A stretch of DNA of 64,000 nucleotides from Octopus sinensis (taxonomy: Eukaryota), in assembly GCF_006345805.1 (NCBI RefSeq), contig NC_043008.1, positions 61,504,001 to 61,568,000 of the forward strand, given 5' to 3'. This document shows positions 1 through 13,809 of this stretch, piece by piece; the stretch's first letter is position 1, and each line of letters opens with the position of its first letter. Both the position numbers and the translations under genes were made by a program. Under the pieces are notes generated by a model. The model worked only from the letters and a program-made list of their open reading frames with translations, ran no database searches and was not told where the DNA came from.

Positions 1-898
1 CAAAGCGATTTTTACGAATGGAGAAGAAAAAATATATCACATTAGATTTAAACATAGAAATGAGAAGAATTAACAAACAAGAAGCTGAATATAACTTAGT
101 ATTTAAAATACAGAAGAATGTGATAAAGAATGGATCATAAAGGAGAAAATAGTAAAATATTATCAAATAATATTTGATCTAATTTTTGTGATTGAACACA
201 TTACCAAAAACAGATATTTAGTTCCTAGCGCACTTGTTACGCTTGTCATAAAATACAGTAACTCATTCTAGAGTTTAAAATGGAAATTGGGAAAACTTTC
301 TCTAGATTGAAGCTACGGAAGTCGCTTACAATAAATCACTATCACATAATGAAGTGAATATAATCAATTGGTACACGTGTACTCGCACCAAAGAAACTGG
401 CTGTCTTCTAGGACACATATATAGAACTATCACCCTATTGTCGTTATCACCTACCATATAATCTCCATCAAAATTAATAACAAAACAAATAGTGGTAGTA
501 GTAGGTTGGTAGAGATGGTAGTTGTGGTGGTGATGGTATCAGTCGTATTAATATTAGTAGCAGCAGGGGTGGTGGTGGTGGTGGTGGTGGTGCTGACAGC
601 GGCAATAGATGTTACTTTTATAACGTTTTTATATCTCATAGAAGGTATCTCATTCATATTTTGTTATTTAATTAACGATACTAATTCATCTACAAAATGA
701 AACCACCTCGTGAAAAACGGACGTTAAAAAAGGAATAAGAGAAAACAGTAACAACAAATAATGATGTACAGAAATTCATATATTTCAATGAAGCAAACAA
801 GATAATGAATTATAAAGCAAATAACAAGACGTATTCATACACACATTGTACATACATTTCTTTCAGTCTATCTCTCTCTCACACACACTCTGTTTCTT

Positions 899-1310
899 AT
901 TTTTTATTGCCCACAAGGGGATAAACATAGAAGGGATAAACAAAGACAGACAAACGGATTAAGTTGAATATATCGACCCCAGTGCGTAACTGGTACTTAA
1001 TTTATCGACCCCAAAAGGATGAAAGCCAAAGTCGACCTCGGCGGAATTTGAACTCAGAACGTAACGGCAGACGAAATACCTGTTTCTTTATTACCCACAA
1101 TGGGCTAAACATAGAGGGGACAAACAAAGACAAACAGACGGATTAAGTTGAATACATAGACCCCAGTGCGTAACTGGTACTTAATTTGTCGACCCCGAAA
1201 TGATGAAAGGCAAAATCGACCCCGGCGGAATTTGAACTCAGAACATAACGGCAGACGAAATAACGCTAAGCATTTCGCCCGGCATGGAACCATTCTGATA
1301 GCTCGCCGCC
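899..1310 (-). mobile_element. tRNA-derived SINE, family A (head plus two ~184-bp units)
   Basis: Minus strand starts GGCGGCGAGCT..CAGAATGG (A-box-like) and carries B-box-like GAGTTCAAATTCC twice; same sequence at 9756, 29453, 34318, 40622 and 49808. Correspondence to the published octopus OK/OR1/OR2 families not verified. Confidence 0.85.
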
Positions 1311-1373
1311 TTATGCCAGCTCTCACTCACACTCTGTTTCTGTCTCTGTCTCTGTCTGTCTGCATGTTTGACA

Positions 1374-1404
<31 letters not shown>

Positions 1405-1447
1405 TTCTCTCTCTCTCTCTTATTTATTACTTGCTTCATTAATTAGG

Positions 1448-1590
1448 ATGAGGTCATGTTAGGGCACCGCCTTGAAGAATGTTTCAGTGAAATGGATCGA
1501 TCCTAGTATTTATTTCTGTAAAGCCAAGTACTTATTCAATCGGTGTCATTCGCCGAACTGCTGCAATACGTTGACATAAATACGAGTACA
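1448..1590 (-). mobile_element. SINE family B, degenerate 3' half
   Basis: GGGCACCGCCTT..AAGTACTTATTCAATCGGT..GCCGAACTGCT is the reverse complement of the 3' part of the copy at 1662-2062. Confidence 0.6.
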
Positions 1591-1661
1591 TGTTTATATA
1601 TACATGCATATATGTATGTGTGTATATTTATATACATAGATGTGAGTATATTTATATATAT

Positions 1662-2062
1662 GAGTGGCTGTATGGTAAGTAGCTTGCTAACCAACGACAT
1701 GGTTCCGGGTTCAGTCCCACTGCGTGGCATCTTGGGCAAGTGTCTTCTGCTATAGCCCCGGGCCGAATAATGCCTTGTGAGTTGATTTGGTAGACGGAAA
1801 CTGAAAAAGCCTGTCGTATATATGTATATATATATATATGTATGTGTGTGTTTGTGTGTCTGTGTTTGTCCCCCTAGCATTGCTTGACAACCGATGCTGG
1901 TGTGTTTACGTCCCAGTCACTTAGCGGTTCGGCAAAAGAGACCGATAGAATAAGTACTGGGCTTACAACGAATAAGTCCCGGTGTCGATTTTCTCGACTA
2001 AAGGCGGTGCTCCAGCATGGCCGCAATCAAATGACTGATACAAGTAGAAGATAAAAGAGAAT
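1662..2062 (+). mobile_element. tRNA-derived SINE, family B (full length, internal (TA)n/(TG)n)
   Basis: Head GTGGCTGTATGGTAAG..GGTTCAGTCCC (A/B boxes), internal microsatellite at ~1815-1860, 3' GGCGGTGCTCCAGCATGGCCGCA..AAAAGAG; at least 8 related copies in the window. Confidence 0.9.
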
Positions 2063-2619
2063 ATATGTCCATGCATACATGTATATATGTCTCTATCTCT
2101 TTCTCTCTCTCTCTCTCCATATATGTATACATATATATAAACCAACATTATGTATAAATATGTATGTATGTGTGTGTGTGTGTATGTATATGCATGTGTG
2201 TATATATAAATTATAGAAATGAAATACGCACGCACTGGTGGGAATCGGTCTGCTTTGTTTATATACTTCCACGGATTAAGCGATTGGATTGGATTGTTGA
2301 TTCTAATGGAACAAATAACAATACACAGAAATACTCAAGAGCGACAGTTTATTAAAACAATCATATTATAGATTCTAAAACGTATCCAGCTGTGTGGTTT
2401 CTATATGCGAGATTGATGTTGATTCTCTTTCAGATAATATTACAGTAATTTCATAATCAGAGGTGAGAGAAAATCGTTATTCTGCATTACTAAATGATAC
2501 TTACTTTACCTTAAAAATGCTGGTAAATTACGAATTAGTATGATATAATGAAATGAGCAAGCATATGAATAAATATCTGTACTTAAACGTATGTATAAAC
2601 ATATATGCGTGTCTAAGCA

Positions 2620-3219
2620 TTCCGATGGTTAGGCGATCCATTTGCTGTCAACACTCGCTAAATTGAGGGCTGGGCATGTCGTGGTTGATGACGCGTAGAC
2701 ATGTGATGAGACTGCGACATCTCCGGCACTTCATAGACGACTGTGAGTGGTGTGGTCGCCGTTTGTGAGGCTCACTTTCCTGCAGCTCGTCTATTTGGCC
2801 GAACAGCAGTCGTGGATCAAACAGAGACCGAGGCTTGGAAAATGGCACCGCGAGTGCCGCCTTGCTTTCAAGCAACTCTGCTGTCCGGGACCAAACTTGT
2901 ACGACTTCAATTCCTCGAAGGCGTTCTATATAGGATTAGTGGAGGGGAAGTGCGACGACGTTCTCGGGGAGAATCTGGGCATCAACGGGGAACGCCTGAC
3001 ACGCCTGTTCAGGAAAACTTTCTGGCCGGGACCTAATGTCAATCACCAGAGATTTCTAGCCTGGCAGTGCTATTGTGAAGCATTGCCCGTTCGGGATAAG
3101 CTCAACAAGCACGGTTCGAGATACACCGGAACGAGTTGCCCGAGATGCAGTCAGCGCGACGAAACCGTTCTACACGCACTCGTGCAGTGTTCAACCATTT
3201 TGGACCTGTGGGCTTATGT
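2620..3219 (+). mobile_element. L1/Tx1-clade LINE ORF2 C-terminal fragment (zf-RVT-like)
   Basis: Frameshifted GLGM upstream, then ORF 2747: FLAWQCYCEALPVRDKL..CPRCSQRDETVLHALVQC..LW, the CxxC..ET..H.L..C knuckle of L1/Tx1 ORF2. Confidence 0.75.
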
Positions 3220-3221
3220 CC

Positions 3222-3935
3222 CATATATTACAGTAGTGGACCCATATTTTAGATGGTGAAGGTGGAATCTGCAGTGCTATCCATTTCGGTGGTTGATACA
3301 GATTTCACTTCCAGAGTTCGGTGGTAGACATTCCAGGAACTACCGATTGTATATATCTTCATATATTTCATGCCTTATCCCTAGGGGTAGAGCTCCAGTT
3401 CCTTTAGCCTTTGCCAGTGGCTCAACTATTTCACCTAGTCAATCTTCTTTGTGTAGTGGCCCTGGATTGCCTCAAATTCCGCCGACGGTTTGACGCTCAG
3501 CGATGACAACAATAGGGAGCAGTAATCGAAGACGGTTGAGAGTAAAAGTTTCAATAGGAGTAGCATGGTAGTCGTTGTATTTTTGTGGTTGTGAATGATC
3601 TCAGTATCCATCCAGCTACCCACCTGCACAATGATGCCATTTTGGTAAAATGCAGGAGAAATGTTGCAGCATTATTTATGTGGATTCCCAGGTCACGCAT
3701 CGAGTATGACTGAGACTGCACTGCCCTCTGGTCCTGTGTGTTCCAAGTGTACTCTGCTTGTGGGTCGACATTAGAGCGCTTGAAGATTCTCAGCTGTTGA
3801 AGTGCGTGTTATTTTCATCAGCTCAATTGTTGACTGCATGTAAATCGTTTTGCCTGTCGTCAGTGTCAGCTGAACGCCTGCGATATCTTTTGTATCATCA
3901 CCCTCACTGGGCAGATGCATGACACTATTGCCGAG
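3222..3935 (-). mobile_element. CR1-group LINE reverse transcriptase C-terminal fragment (degenerate)
   Basis: Across frameshifts the minus strand reads DDTK..(W)ADENN..FN..RDLGI..GWILRSF..DYCS..EAIQ..YTKKID..WQRLKELELY, typical of CR1/L2-group RT and thumb. Confidence 0.75.
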
Positions 3936-3949
3936 GGCAAATTTAGTTA

Positions 3950-4175
3950 GCTATACACACACACGCACACACACACATACGTACACATACGTATCACATA
4001 TATGTAGTTAGATATATAGGTTGGTCGCTGATTAGGTATTTATATAGGTAAAGTAGATAGGTAGGTAGGCAAGCTAGTAGGTAGGTATGGTTGTAGATAG
4101 GTAGGTAGGCAGGAAGGCACGTATGTAGGCACATAGGTAGATAGGCAGATAGGTAGATAGGAAGGTAGGTAGGTA
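3950..4175. repeat. (CA)n followed by degenerate (GTAG)n microsatellite
   Basis: Direct inspection. Confidence 0.85.
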
Positions 4176-5433
4176 ATTTCGTAGGTAGAAAATTTCGCTA
4201 CAAACTGAACGAAATCTAGCCATTCTGGAAGTTAATCGTTCATTTCGCCGACATTTCTACTCCTGTACTACATCACAGCAAAGGTGAATTTAGTGTTTGA
4301 TATTTTCTTCTATGTTGACTATGTGTACCACATAAAACTAACATTGTATCTCCCACAGGTGAGATATTAAAATTATCGTCAAGCAATGTCCATTGAAGTA
4401 TTTTGCTCAACAAGGCCACGCAGCACCCGATCCGGGATTCGAAACATTGAGTGCAACAACCTAACAACTATATAAACGAAGTGGTGTGAGGTATGTATAG
4501 TTTTAAGTAACCAATGTCTTTATACGTTACTTTAAATTATATTCCGAATTTCATTCTTCGCTACCTCTCTTATATACGTCAGGAAAATAATGGTAGCACA
4601 TATTCTCACAAGGTCAGCAGTTTTGACAGAGGGGACTAGTCAATTACATCAACCCCTATATCTTCAACTTGTACTTATTTAATCTACATAAACAGAGTCT
4701 GGACCAACTAGCTTGTACTGGCATCGGGTCATATGCGTTGTAACAATGGAATCAAAGCTAGAAGTGATATTTTGAAATCAATTATTACGTACATTACAGA
4801 TGTGCGTAATACATAATAGGAAATGAATCCATTACGTCATACCTTCCTCAGTTAATGCATTTCAATATATGGGGAAATTGATTGAAATATTGCAATATAT
4901 ATAGTTATAGCTGTAATTCGCTAAGTTAGGAGGACGGATATGTATAAAGACGGGCATAATGAAGAGGGCTAAAAAGGTATTTGAAAGAGAAAAGAGAGTG
5001 GGAAAAAGAGAGAATAAGCGAGTTAGTATGGAAAGGTAAAAAATTTAACATGTATGGATGAATACAAATGTGAAGGAAATGGAATGATTCTATCTGTTTC
5101 TTTGTAAAGTAATCTTAAGAATTAGGGGTAGTATTCAAACAGATACAAGGATCCCATTTCCGTTAGACACTTGTATATCTTCATTTCTACACTTCCCAAC
5201 TACTTCGATTTCTTTTCTTTCGTTCTTTCCTTCTGACTGTCTCTCTCTTTCTCTTATTGGATCTCACTTATTTCGTCCCTTTGTGTACATATAAATTCTC
5301 CAAACACTAGTTGCCGATAATCATAGCTGTAGCCATATATATTAAAATATTGCCATCAATTCTATCAATTGCTTCATATTCTGATATGACGTAACAGAGT
5401 AAGGTATTCTGTAAAGCATACATCACCTGTTAT

Positions 5434-5750
5434 ATCATCATCATCATTGTTCGACCGTGGTCGAGACAATGGAATTTACCATGCTACGCCAGACTTCACG
5501 GTCCATCATGGCATTACGGAGGTCCTCTTGCTGGATGCCTGTGTGCGCCCTCTGGTATTGCGAGTAGATGGCTTCCAGAGGAGAAGAGTAGAAATTACCT
5601 CTGTTTCAGCTCTACAACAATGTCCAGCAAACTGGCCTCTCTTGCCTTTCACAAGAGATGACACAGGTGGTAGTTTCCCATATATTTGCATTTTGGTTGG
5701 ATGGCGCTTCCACGAGAGATTTATATATGAAGCTAACCTGGAACCTACGT
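5434..5750 (-). mobile_element. RTE/RTEX-type LINE 3' end with (TGA)n tail
   Basis: Minus strand SWKRHPTKMQIYGKLPPVSS..FAGHCCRA..LLLWKP, then frameshifted TGIQQEDLRNAMMDREVWRSMV; ends in TGA repeats at 5434-5446. Confidence 0.75.
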
Positions 5751-5851
5751 ATTAAATGATTTCAATATATCACCACACGCACACATATTCACAAACACAC
5801 ATACACATGCATACATACACCCACACACATAAATATACACTCATATGAATG

Positions 5852-5894
<43 letters not shown>

Positions 5895-7562
5895 AAGCTA
5901 CTTTTCTGTAAAGGGAATCTTGAAACTTTGGGGATAACTGACAAGTAGATATTTTATAGCTAGTAATTAGTTATCTTATATCTCTTACCAGCGAGGTCAA
6001 TCTAAGTATTCATCTCTTCTTTTACAAATATCAGCCTCTGAGTATGTATAAAATCTATGTTAATATGACATATTTTTCTATATAGCAAAAATAAAGCCGA
6101 AAAATAATTAACTACTATTCAATTCCTTACGAAGAAGAAAGTTAATTTATATACTTTGGTCTCAGTTAATTCAGATCAGAAGTTTAATCCTCGGCTCTTT
6201 ATCAATATCTATCAAGTGTATTCATTATCCATTGCAGTTCCATTATTGAAAATAGACATTAAGCTCGTTGCTTGCACGTTAATTTGCTTTTAAACTCTTA
6301 TCACATGAATTGTAATATCTATAGCTGAATGCTTAGCGTTGCTTGTGATTCATAAATGTCTACGCATATCACCAAGTGCAATGAGAAATAGGTCGTTTCC
6401 GTAAACGAAAGACTTACAGTAAGTTGATTAATATCTACTTAAACAGATATAATTCTGAAGCATTCCTTCGATCATCGTAACATAAAAGGACAGAGTAATT
6501 ATTGAGACCATTTTACTTTATAGAAATAGTCTCCTTAACTGATTAATAATATATTTATGAGACTTTTTCAAGGATTGAATTTTGCCTTAAATACACATTT
6601 TATAATTCATTAAATGACTCAAATGAGTGAATAACTTAAGGGACAATCTAAAAATCTTGGAATAATTGCTGTTCTTTGGAACCACACTGGGTCTAATGTA
6701 AGTGTACTTCTGAACATAAATTAGGTCAATGTATACACATATGTTATACAATGCGTGTTGAGAATAAATGGTTATTAGATAATTAATGAATTATGTGTTA
6801 CATTTCGGTGCTATATCTTCCGAAATCGTACGTTAACATCCACACTTCGGTCATTATTTCTTGAAACCTCATTTGTTTCTTTTCGTTTAGTTGGAGTTCA
6901 TAAACATCAAAATGACAAATATATCATCTAATAATGAATAGTCCAGCCTAAATTTTACAGGGTGATTCGGGTGACCTCTCAGCAATTTATTAACCGTAAT
7001 TTCTATAAACATTTTAAACAGTACTCTTGGTATTGTTTATGAATATCTTTCAATATATATAAAGTTATATGCATATACATATATTAGAAGGTTTGGAGAT
7101 GATGTACAGGTATTTTATATTAGAAGAAATGAGGTACTCATAAATTCGGATGGTTTTATATTTACAGATATTTATTTGTATATTACATGTTTTTATACAT
7201 CATATATCATATATATTAGCGCTTTCGTCCATTCTAGTGGAATTTTCAAATTGAACTATTTAAATAGATGGATTATATACATTTCTAAATCATATAATGC
7301 GTGTATTTACAAATATATGTGTTCGTGCGTGTGTATTTATATACTGTGTTGGAAATATTACCCTGTTGTCTATATAATACGATACACATTCGACGCTTCT
7401 AAATTTAACTATTTTATAGTGTTATTGAGTGTGTAGTGGTGGGGAGAGATATAAGATGGTACAAGAGGGTAATGCATATACATATATTCATACAGCCATC
7501 CATTCATCAATCCATTCGCCTATCCATACATGCACACATGCATGTATATATATATATGCATA

Positions 7563-7784
7563 TACTCTTTTACTCTGTTACTTGTTTCAGTAATTTGACT
7601 GCGGCCATGCTGGACCCCAACACTTATTCTTTGTAAGCCTAGTACTTATTCTATCGGTCTCTTTTGCTGAACTGCTAGGTTACGGGGACGTAAACACACC
7701 AGCATCTGTGTCAACGATGTTGGGTGGGCAAACAGACACACAAGCATATACACACATACATACATACATACATACATACATGCA

Positions 7785-7818
<34 letters not shown>

Positions 7819-7980
7819 TATATAGGACGGGCTTCTTTCAGTTTCCGTCAACCGAATCCACTCAGAATGCTTCGGTCGGCCCGAGGCTATAGTAGAAACA
7901 CGTGCCCAACGTGCCAAGCAGTGGGACTGAACACGGAACCATGTGGTTCTTAAACAAGCTTCTTAGCTCACAAACACTCC
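7563..7980 (-). mobile_element. SINE family B (near full length)
   Basis: Reverse complement of 1662-2062, with internal (CATA)n/(TA)n. Confidence 0.85.
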
Positions 7981-9755
7981 TAACAAGCATATTTTGCTTT
8001 TAATTTAGAAGCGTCGAATGTGTATCGTATTATTTAGACAACAGGGTAATATTTCCAACACAGTATATAAATACACACGCACGAACACATATATCTGTAA
8101 ATACACGCATTATATGATTTAGAAATGTATATAATCCATCTATTTAAAACTGTGTTATAATAAAAGATTAGCAAATATCAATTATCTTTCATGTTTCTGA
8201 AACTGGCATGACATAGTAATCTTATTCACATACCAGGCAATACATAGTTCATCTGCTCTAGTATGTGTCGGTCACTTTGTAATATGAATCGTAGTCCAGC
8301 AGACCAGCTAGCTTGTAACACTTGAGCCGTGTCAAATAACACCGCAATTGCACATTAGTGTAATGGATGCTATCAGAGTGTGAGGAAGTTTCGGTGAGGA
8401 CGTGAGTGAATGAAGACAAGGAAACGTATAATAAGGAACCCAACGCATGTTAAATGAATTCTGTGATTTATTAGTTAATGGTAATATTAAAGAGACCTTT
8501 CCAGCATCTTGTTTATCATTTCCACGTGAGAAAACTTTGGAAGTTTGAAAATGAAATGTGCTCAATTAAGCAGTGTTTAAAGAATCAAATTGAGATGGTA
8601 TATATTCTTAATCAGATAGCATATATATTGTATTTATAGCATTTTGTGTCTTTTTCACCAAAACAGCAATATGATACCAAGTTCTATTGTTATTTGGAAT
8701 ATCTATTTTAAACGATGATCAGAATAATGTTAATATATGAAATTTAATCTCAAAATTTTACTAATTTCTTGAGGTGATACGATACAAATATTCGCGTAAG
8801 GTTTACTTTTATATATAACAGGGCCGAGTATTGCTGTTAGATAGCATAATGCATTTGTATATCAATCAGTACATCAATTCAACCAGTACCGTCTTACAAA
8901 ACAGTAGTATTGATAATAAAATAATGTAAAATATCTTCAAATTACGTGCTTTAATGGTTTAGTATAAGTTGTAATTTGTGCTTTTAATTAATACGTCTCC
9001 ATTCAAGGGATATTGGCTAAACAAGATATGTTGACCATATAAATTTCATTAGATATATATGAACCCCTTTAATCACTGTTAAACACATTACGCCACAAAA
9101 GCCACAAGAATGATAGCATGTCTTCAGAAAATTGCAATTGAAGTTTGCGTCTTTTAGTTGAGCATCTTAGGTAAGTTATTTTAGCGGAAGAATTCATCAT
9201 TAAGTTAAAACCACAAGAGAAATTAGACACAATATTTTAAAGTGTCAATACTAATACAATGGTGAAGTGCAACGTATTATAACAGCTACATATTGCTAAG
9301 CCTACTCCATCGTTGTGTCTCTAGCCACAAGAGATTTCCAGGTCCTGTTTGATGTGGTAACTTTCAGTATTATCTAAATTGTATTCTCAAGAGCATGGCA
9401 GGCTTAATTACAAAGAGGAAAAAAAATAAATTGAGCTTATCCCCTTATGACCCAGCAAAGAATGAATTTGCTGGGCAATGCATCATCAACTCAGCTACTT
9501 CATTTCAATATATTGATAACTAATGTCATAATAATCACTGGAATTTCAGCTTTTAGCACAGACTAATTGTCAATTTGTGATTGCATATTTAGGTTAGATG
9601 TGATTTGGGGTCAAAATGGCACTTATTACCTATATTTAATTGGGTGATGGGTTGGTAGATTCATTAGAATGTAGCACAAACTAATTGCTGGAGTACGTCT
9701 TGCTCTTTATGTTCTGAGTAATCATTCAGCTACGGTAATACTTTCAATTCAGTAA

Positions 9756-10162
9756 GGCGGCGAGCTGGCAGGAACGTTAGGACGCCGGGCGAAATGCTTA
9801 GCAGTATTTCGCCTACCGCTACGTTCTGAGTTCAAATTCTGCCACGGTCGACTTTGCCTTTCATCCTTTCGGGATCGATTAAATAAGTACCAGTTACGCA
9901 CTGCGGTCGATATAATTGACTTAATCCATTTGTCTGTCCTTGTTTGTCCTCCCTGTGTTTAGCCCCTTGTGGGTAGTAAAGAAATAGGTATTTCGTCGGT
10001 CTTTACGTTCTGATTTCAAATTCTGCCGAGGTCGATTTTGCCTTTCAGCCTTTCGGGGTCCATAAATTAAGTACTGTTGTGTACTGGAGTCGATCTAATT
10101 GACTGGCCCCCTTCCCCCAAAATTTCAACCTTGTACGTAGAGTAGAAAAGTATATTATTATT
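9756..10162 (+). mobile_element. SINE family A (head, one unit, terminal unit with long tail)
   Basis: GGCGGCGAGCTGGCAGG head; B-box-like GA(G/T)TTCAAATT twice; tail CCCCAAAATTTCAACCTTGTACGTAGAGTAGAAAAGTATATT. Confidence 0.85.
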
Positions 10163-10834
10163 TCAGTCTTTCTGATTGGATGAAAAAAGAAAAACAGTAA
10201 TGTTTTCGGATAGTTTTAATTAGCTAAGACACTCCTCACAAAATAGTCGTCATATACTTAATATAGAAATAATCATTAGTGTCTAATAAGAATCAACTAG
10301 CAATTGATATACATTTCATTATTTTTTGCGAGGTAATATTTTAGATAATTCCGAGATGTCTTGGAAAAAAGAATTGCTAATGATTTTTTAATAAACGAAT
10401 GTATGGTTAATGAGTTTCTATGGCATTTCTAAGCTTATCACGCCCATGGGGTATAACGCTTGTTTCGTTTGTTAATCATTGGAAATTCCCTCTATGAGAA
10501 ATGTATTCTGAACATTAAAGACCAATTAAATCGACATCTTGAATAAGTTACACACTAATAATTAGTGTCGTGCCTACAGTAAAGATTTAAATTAAATGCG
10601 AAAGTCCCCATGAAGTTGCACATGATTTAAATTAGCTATCGGCAGTAAAGTTACAGCGATGTTGAAGAATATCTGGTATTTGTTCATGAACGTTAGAGGT
10701 TAAAAAAAGAACGTATCTTATTCATGGTGTCTACAGAATTAACACATACGGAGTTATGAAATATTTTCTACTTTACTATATTAGTAACCTTGAAATCAAT
10801 ATGTAAAAAAAACTTGTATTATAAATCGAACAGT

Positions 10835-10871
10835 ATGTATGTATATATATATATATATGTATGTATGTATG

Positions 10872-10940
<69 letters not shown>

Positions 10941-10959
10941 ATATATACATATATATATA
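10835..10959. repeat. (TA)n/(TATG)n microsatellite
   Basis: Direct inspection. Confidence 0.95.
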
Positions 10960-11095
10960 AAGACCACAGGTGAGAGTTGAAGGGTCACTGCAGCTGTTTC
11001 AGGCGCATATATTTTAGGGATGAATATTTCCATGAAAACAGAAAAGTGGTATTTTTTTATCTCCGAACCAAATTTTTAATCACTTGAAGAAAATA

Positions 11096-11131
11096 CTCTT
11101 TACATTTCGAGACCCAGTCCCGCTTCAGCCT
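11096..11131 (-). ncRNA. Degenerate hammerhead-ribozyme-like motif
   Basis: Minus: CTGAAGC-GGGAC-TGG-GTCTC-GAAA-TG-TA-AAGAG. Stem II forms 5 bp, but core A9 is altered and stem I does not pair. Confidence 0.25.
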
Positions 11132-13712
11132 GCTTCGGTTATCGTTGTTATGCGATCATTACTATAGAGCAGCTTAGAAGTAGCAGATACGCAGTTATCT
11201 ACAACTCTACCCACAAAATACTGGAGTTCTGGTCATTAATTTGAAACTATTTTTATCATTATCTTTTTCTAATATTAGTACTATCACTTATTAGCAGGTA
11301 ACCAGCTTTTAGTAGTTCTCATGTATATTACTTGCGATTTAGGTAGATGTTTTCAGTTTTTGTCTTGTATTTATCAAAAACCTTTGAGTAGGGAATTTGT
11401 GCTTAATTACTTGTTTTCTTCCACACTTGTGGGAAGAAAAGTCGTGTTTTGCTTTATTGACTTTATATTGAAAAATTTCACCCGGAATACATTTAAAAGA
11501 TAATTGAAACATAGCTTCTTCAGAGGTGGTATTTAGAGAAGGCTTCAACTATCACTGTGATAGCCGACGGGAATAAATTCAAAGCTGTTTTTAAAATAAT
11601 TACAAAAAATTCAATTAAAATTTCAGAGGAGATAGAAAGCAAAAGGAAAGTAATATTTGAGAGAAATATCAAGTGTGAAATCGATTACACTATCAAAAAA
11701 AGTGTGAATATTAATTCTGTTGCATTAGAATTATAATAACATATGTGTCGGCAGCTTGATATTGTTGACAGCAAGGAAGACTCAACAACTGCAACAGTTA
11801 GGCACAAATAAAACAAAATCTGCGACTTGTTTATCTACATTTTCGGTTAGTTGTGCTTGGGGTGTATGAAACCCGTGAATGGGAAACAATGGGGAAAAAG
11901 CCTTACGAACTTACACGCCTTTTGCTCCAAGGTTTCAGAAAGCAAATTCAAAACAAGGTACTGCATTCTGCCTCCAGAGTTGAAATTTCATTAAAGCGGT
12001 ATCTCGAAATGAAATGATCGATGTTGCGTTGTTTTGCATTATAGTGCGGATGCAACAAGCAGTATAAGTTTAAGGAATATAAAGTTGGCTTTGAAATGAC
12101 AGAGGAGGGCCTGGAACACTCATGTGTTTTGCGATATACACTGAAACATATGTACTTGCCTCTATTTCGGACAAAAGTTCATGGAGGTCACGAGGAGTGT
12201 TGTGTAGAAGGAAACATCATCATAGAGGGCCCTCCTTGTAATGAAACAAAATGATAAAGCTTACGTAAACAACTATCGTTTATCAAAGAGTATTAATCAG
12301 TTATTTGAATGGAATATTATACTATAATTACCGCGAAGTAGCATAAGAACATCATAGAGATGTGGCCCATTGATAGTAATAGTTTATATCTATCAGGTTC
12401 TTGACTGATCGACGAAATCAAAGAGTAACATTCGTCGTCGCAAATACCATATTTAACTATCGAAGAAATTCAGAATCAAGGACGGCATTTTCAACAGGGA
12501 CCCATAAAAAGCATGCTGCTTCAGATGCTAAGGCAAAACCGTCATCATTCCATGTTTCAGTATTAATAGTAGATACACATAGATCTCATTAACATCAGCA
12601 GTATCAGGTGTCACGGAATTGTGAGACCAAGCAACAAAGGCGTCTCTGTCCCTATCTCACCATAGTCAGACATTAGACCCAGTCTACAAAAAAAAAATGA
12701 GTGAATTGTTATGACTAAGATTAAGGAGGAAGGAGGCCGGCCTTCTTATGAAAAGGATCGATTTGGCTCAAATATGCCAATTTTTATAGATTTCCATATG
12801 TTAATTTTGAAAATGATAAAACACCTAAATAACATAAAGCAGATAAAAGGTACTCTTCTGAAAGTAGAAGGAATTAAAATATTCCTCCTCAGATACACGA
12901 TGGACAACTGATGCTGTGAGCAGTGGCAGTAATCTATCAGTTGATAAAATAGTTCTTCTCATTTGATGTGTTGCTGAAATATGTGACTGCACAAAGAACT
13001 TGACAAAGAAACTGTCAAAGTATTTGACTTGACTGCTGAAAGAAAAATAAGCGAAACTACAGAGTATAATATCATTTTGCCTTTCCTTAAATAAAGTCAA
13101 ATGAAGATTAGTGAATAAATGTATTAATGATTGTGACCGGCGTAGATGGAATGACTAACATTGATATTTCTCTTTGCTAGAGAGACTACGTATTTTTTTT
13201 TTTGGGGGGGGGGGGGGGGCTTGGCAATACAACTTTTACTTGCTATAGTGTGTGTTTCTTTCGATTTTTCCCGCGTGATGTGACGTTGCACAACTGTCCA
13301 TGACTGACAACAAATTCAAAGAATGACATGCAGCTCACAGGTGACAGCTCACTGGCCCTAGAAGTGAATCGCTCTCAAGTCCTTGACATGACACGCGATG
13401 CAGTATATTTTTTGACGTGGATAGAAGACCAGACTGCTTCTAGAGACTAGAAGACTTTCAGCATACCATTTAATATTTTTATTAGTCAGCTGCACTAGGT
13501 TCTTGGATGCAAAGCAAGCCCAAGTAACTCTTGAATTTCTTCAGAAGATAGCATATTACTGATATATACAAAGAATTTTACTCTCAAGCGGCAGCATCCA
13601 GGGTTTATTTATAGCAGATAGATATAGATAATATAGTTTTATATTTAAGAGATGAGGAATCATGTACATTATTCACATTTGACGGATATTTGCCCTCATA
13701 TTGTTTGTTGTT

Positions 13713-13760
13713 AACACAACGTTTCGGCTGATATACCGTCCAGCCTTCATCAGATGTCTT
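13713..13760 (-). ncRNA. Minimal type I hammerhead ribozyme motif (Penelope pLTR type)
   Basis: Minus: AA-GACAT-CTGATGA-A-GGCTG-(10 nt)-CAGCC-GAAA-CG-TT-GTGTT. Intact core with one extra A, 5-bp stem II, 5-bp stem I (two G-U pairs), palindromic ACGU helix III; predicted cut after GUU between 13718 and 13717. Confidence 0.65.
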
Positions 13761-13807
13761 GGGGAAGTTTCGAACCTGGGCTCTCATTCTTAAAATATTT
13801 TTCGATG

Positions 13808-13809
<2 letters not shown>

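Noticed and set aside
6948-6975. TACAGGGTG start typical of some Tc1/mariner termini (similar at ~21638 and ~59521)
   Set aside because: I found no matching inverted partner for any of them.
12395-12510. FLTDRRNQRV resembling the CR1/L2 RT motif FLxxRxQRV
   Set aside because: No following GVPQG or other RT motif.
13193-13219. T11 followed by G16 as a possible G-quadruplex or terminator
   Set aside because: A simple homopolymer junction with unreliable length and no supporting context.
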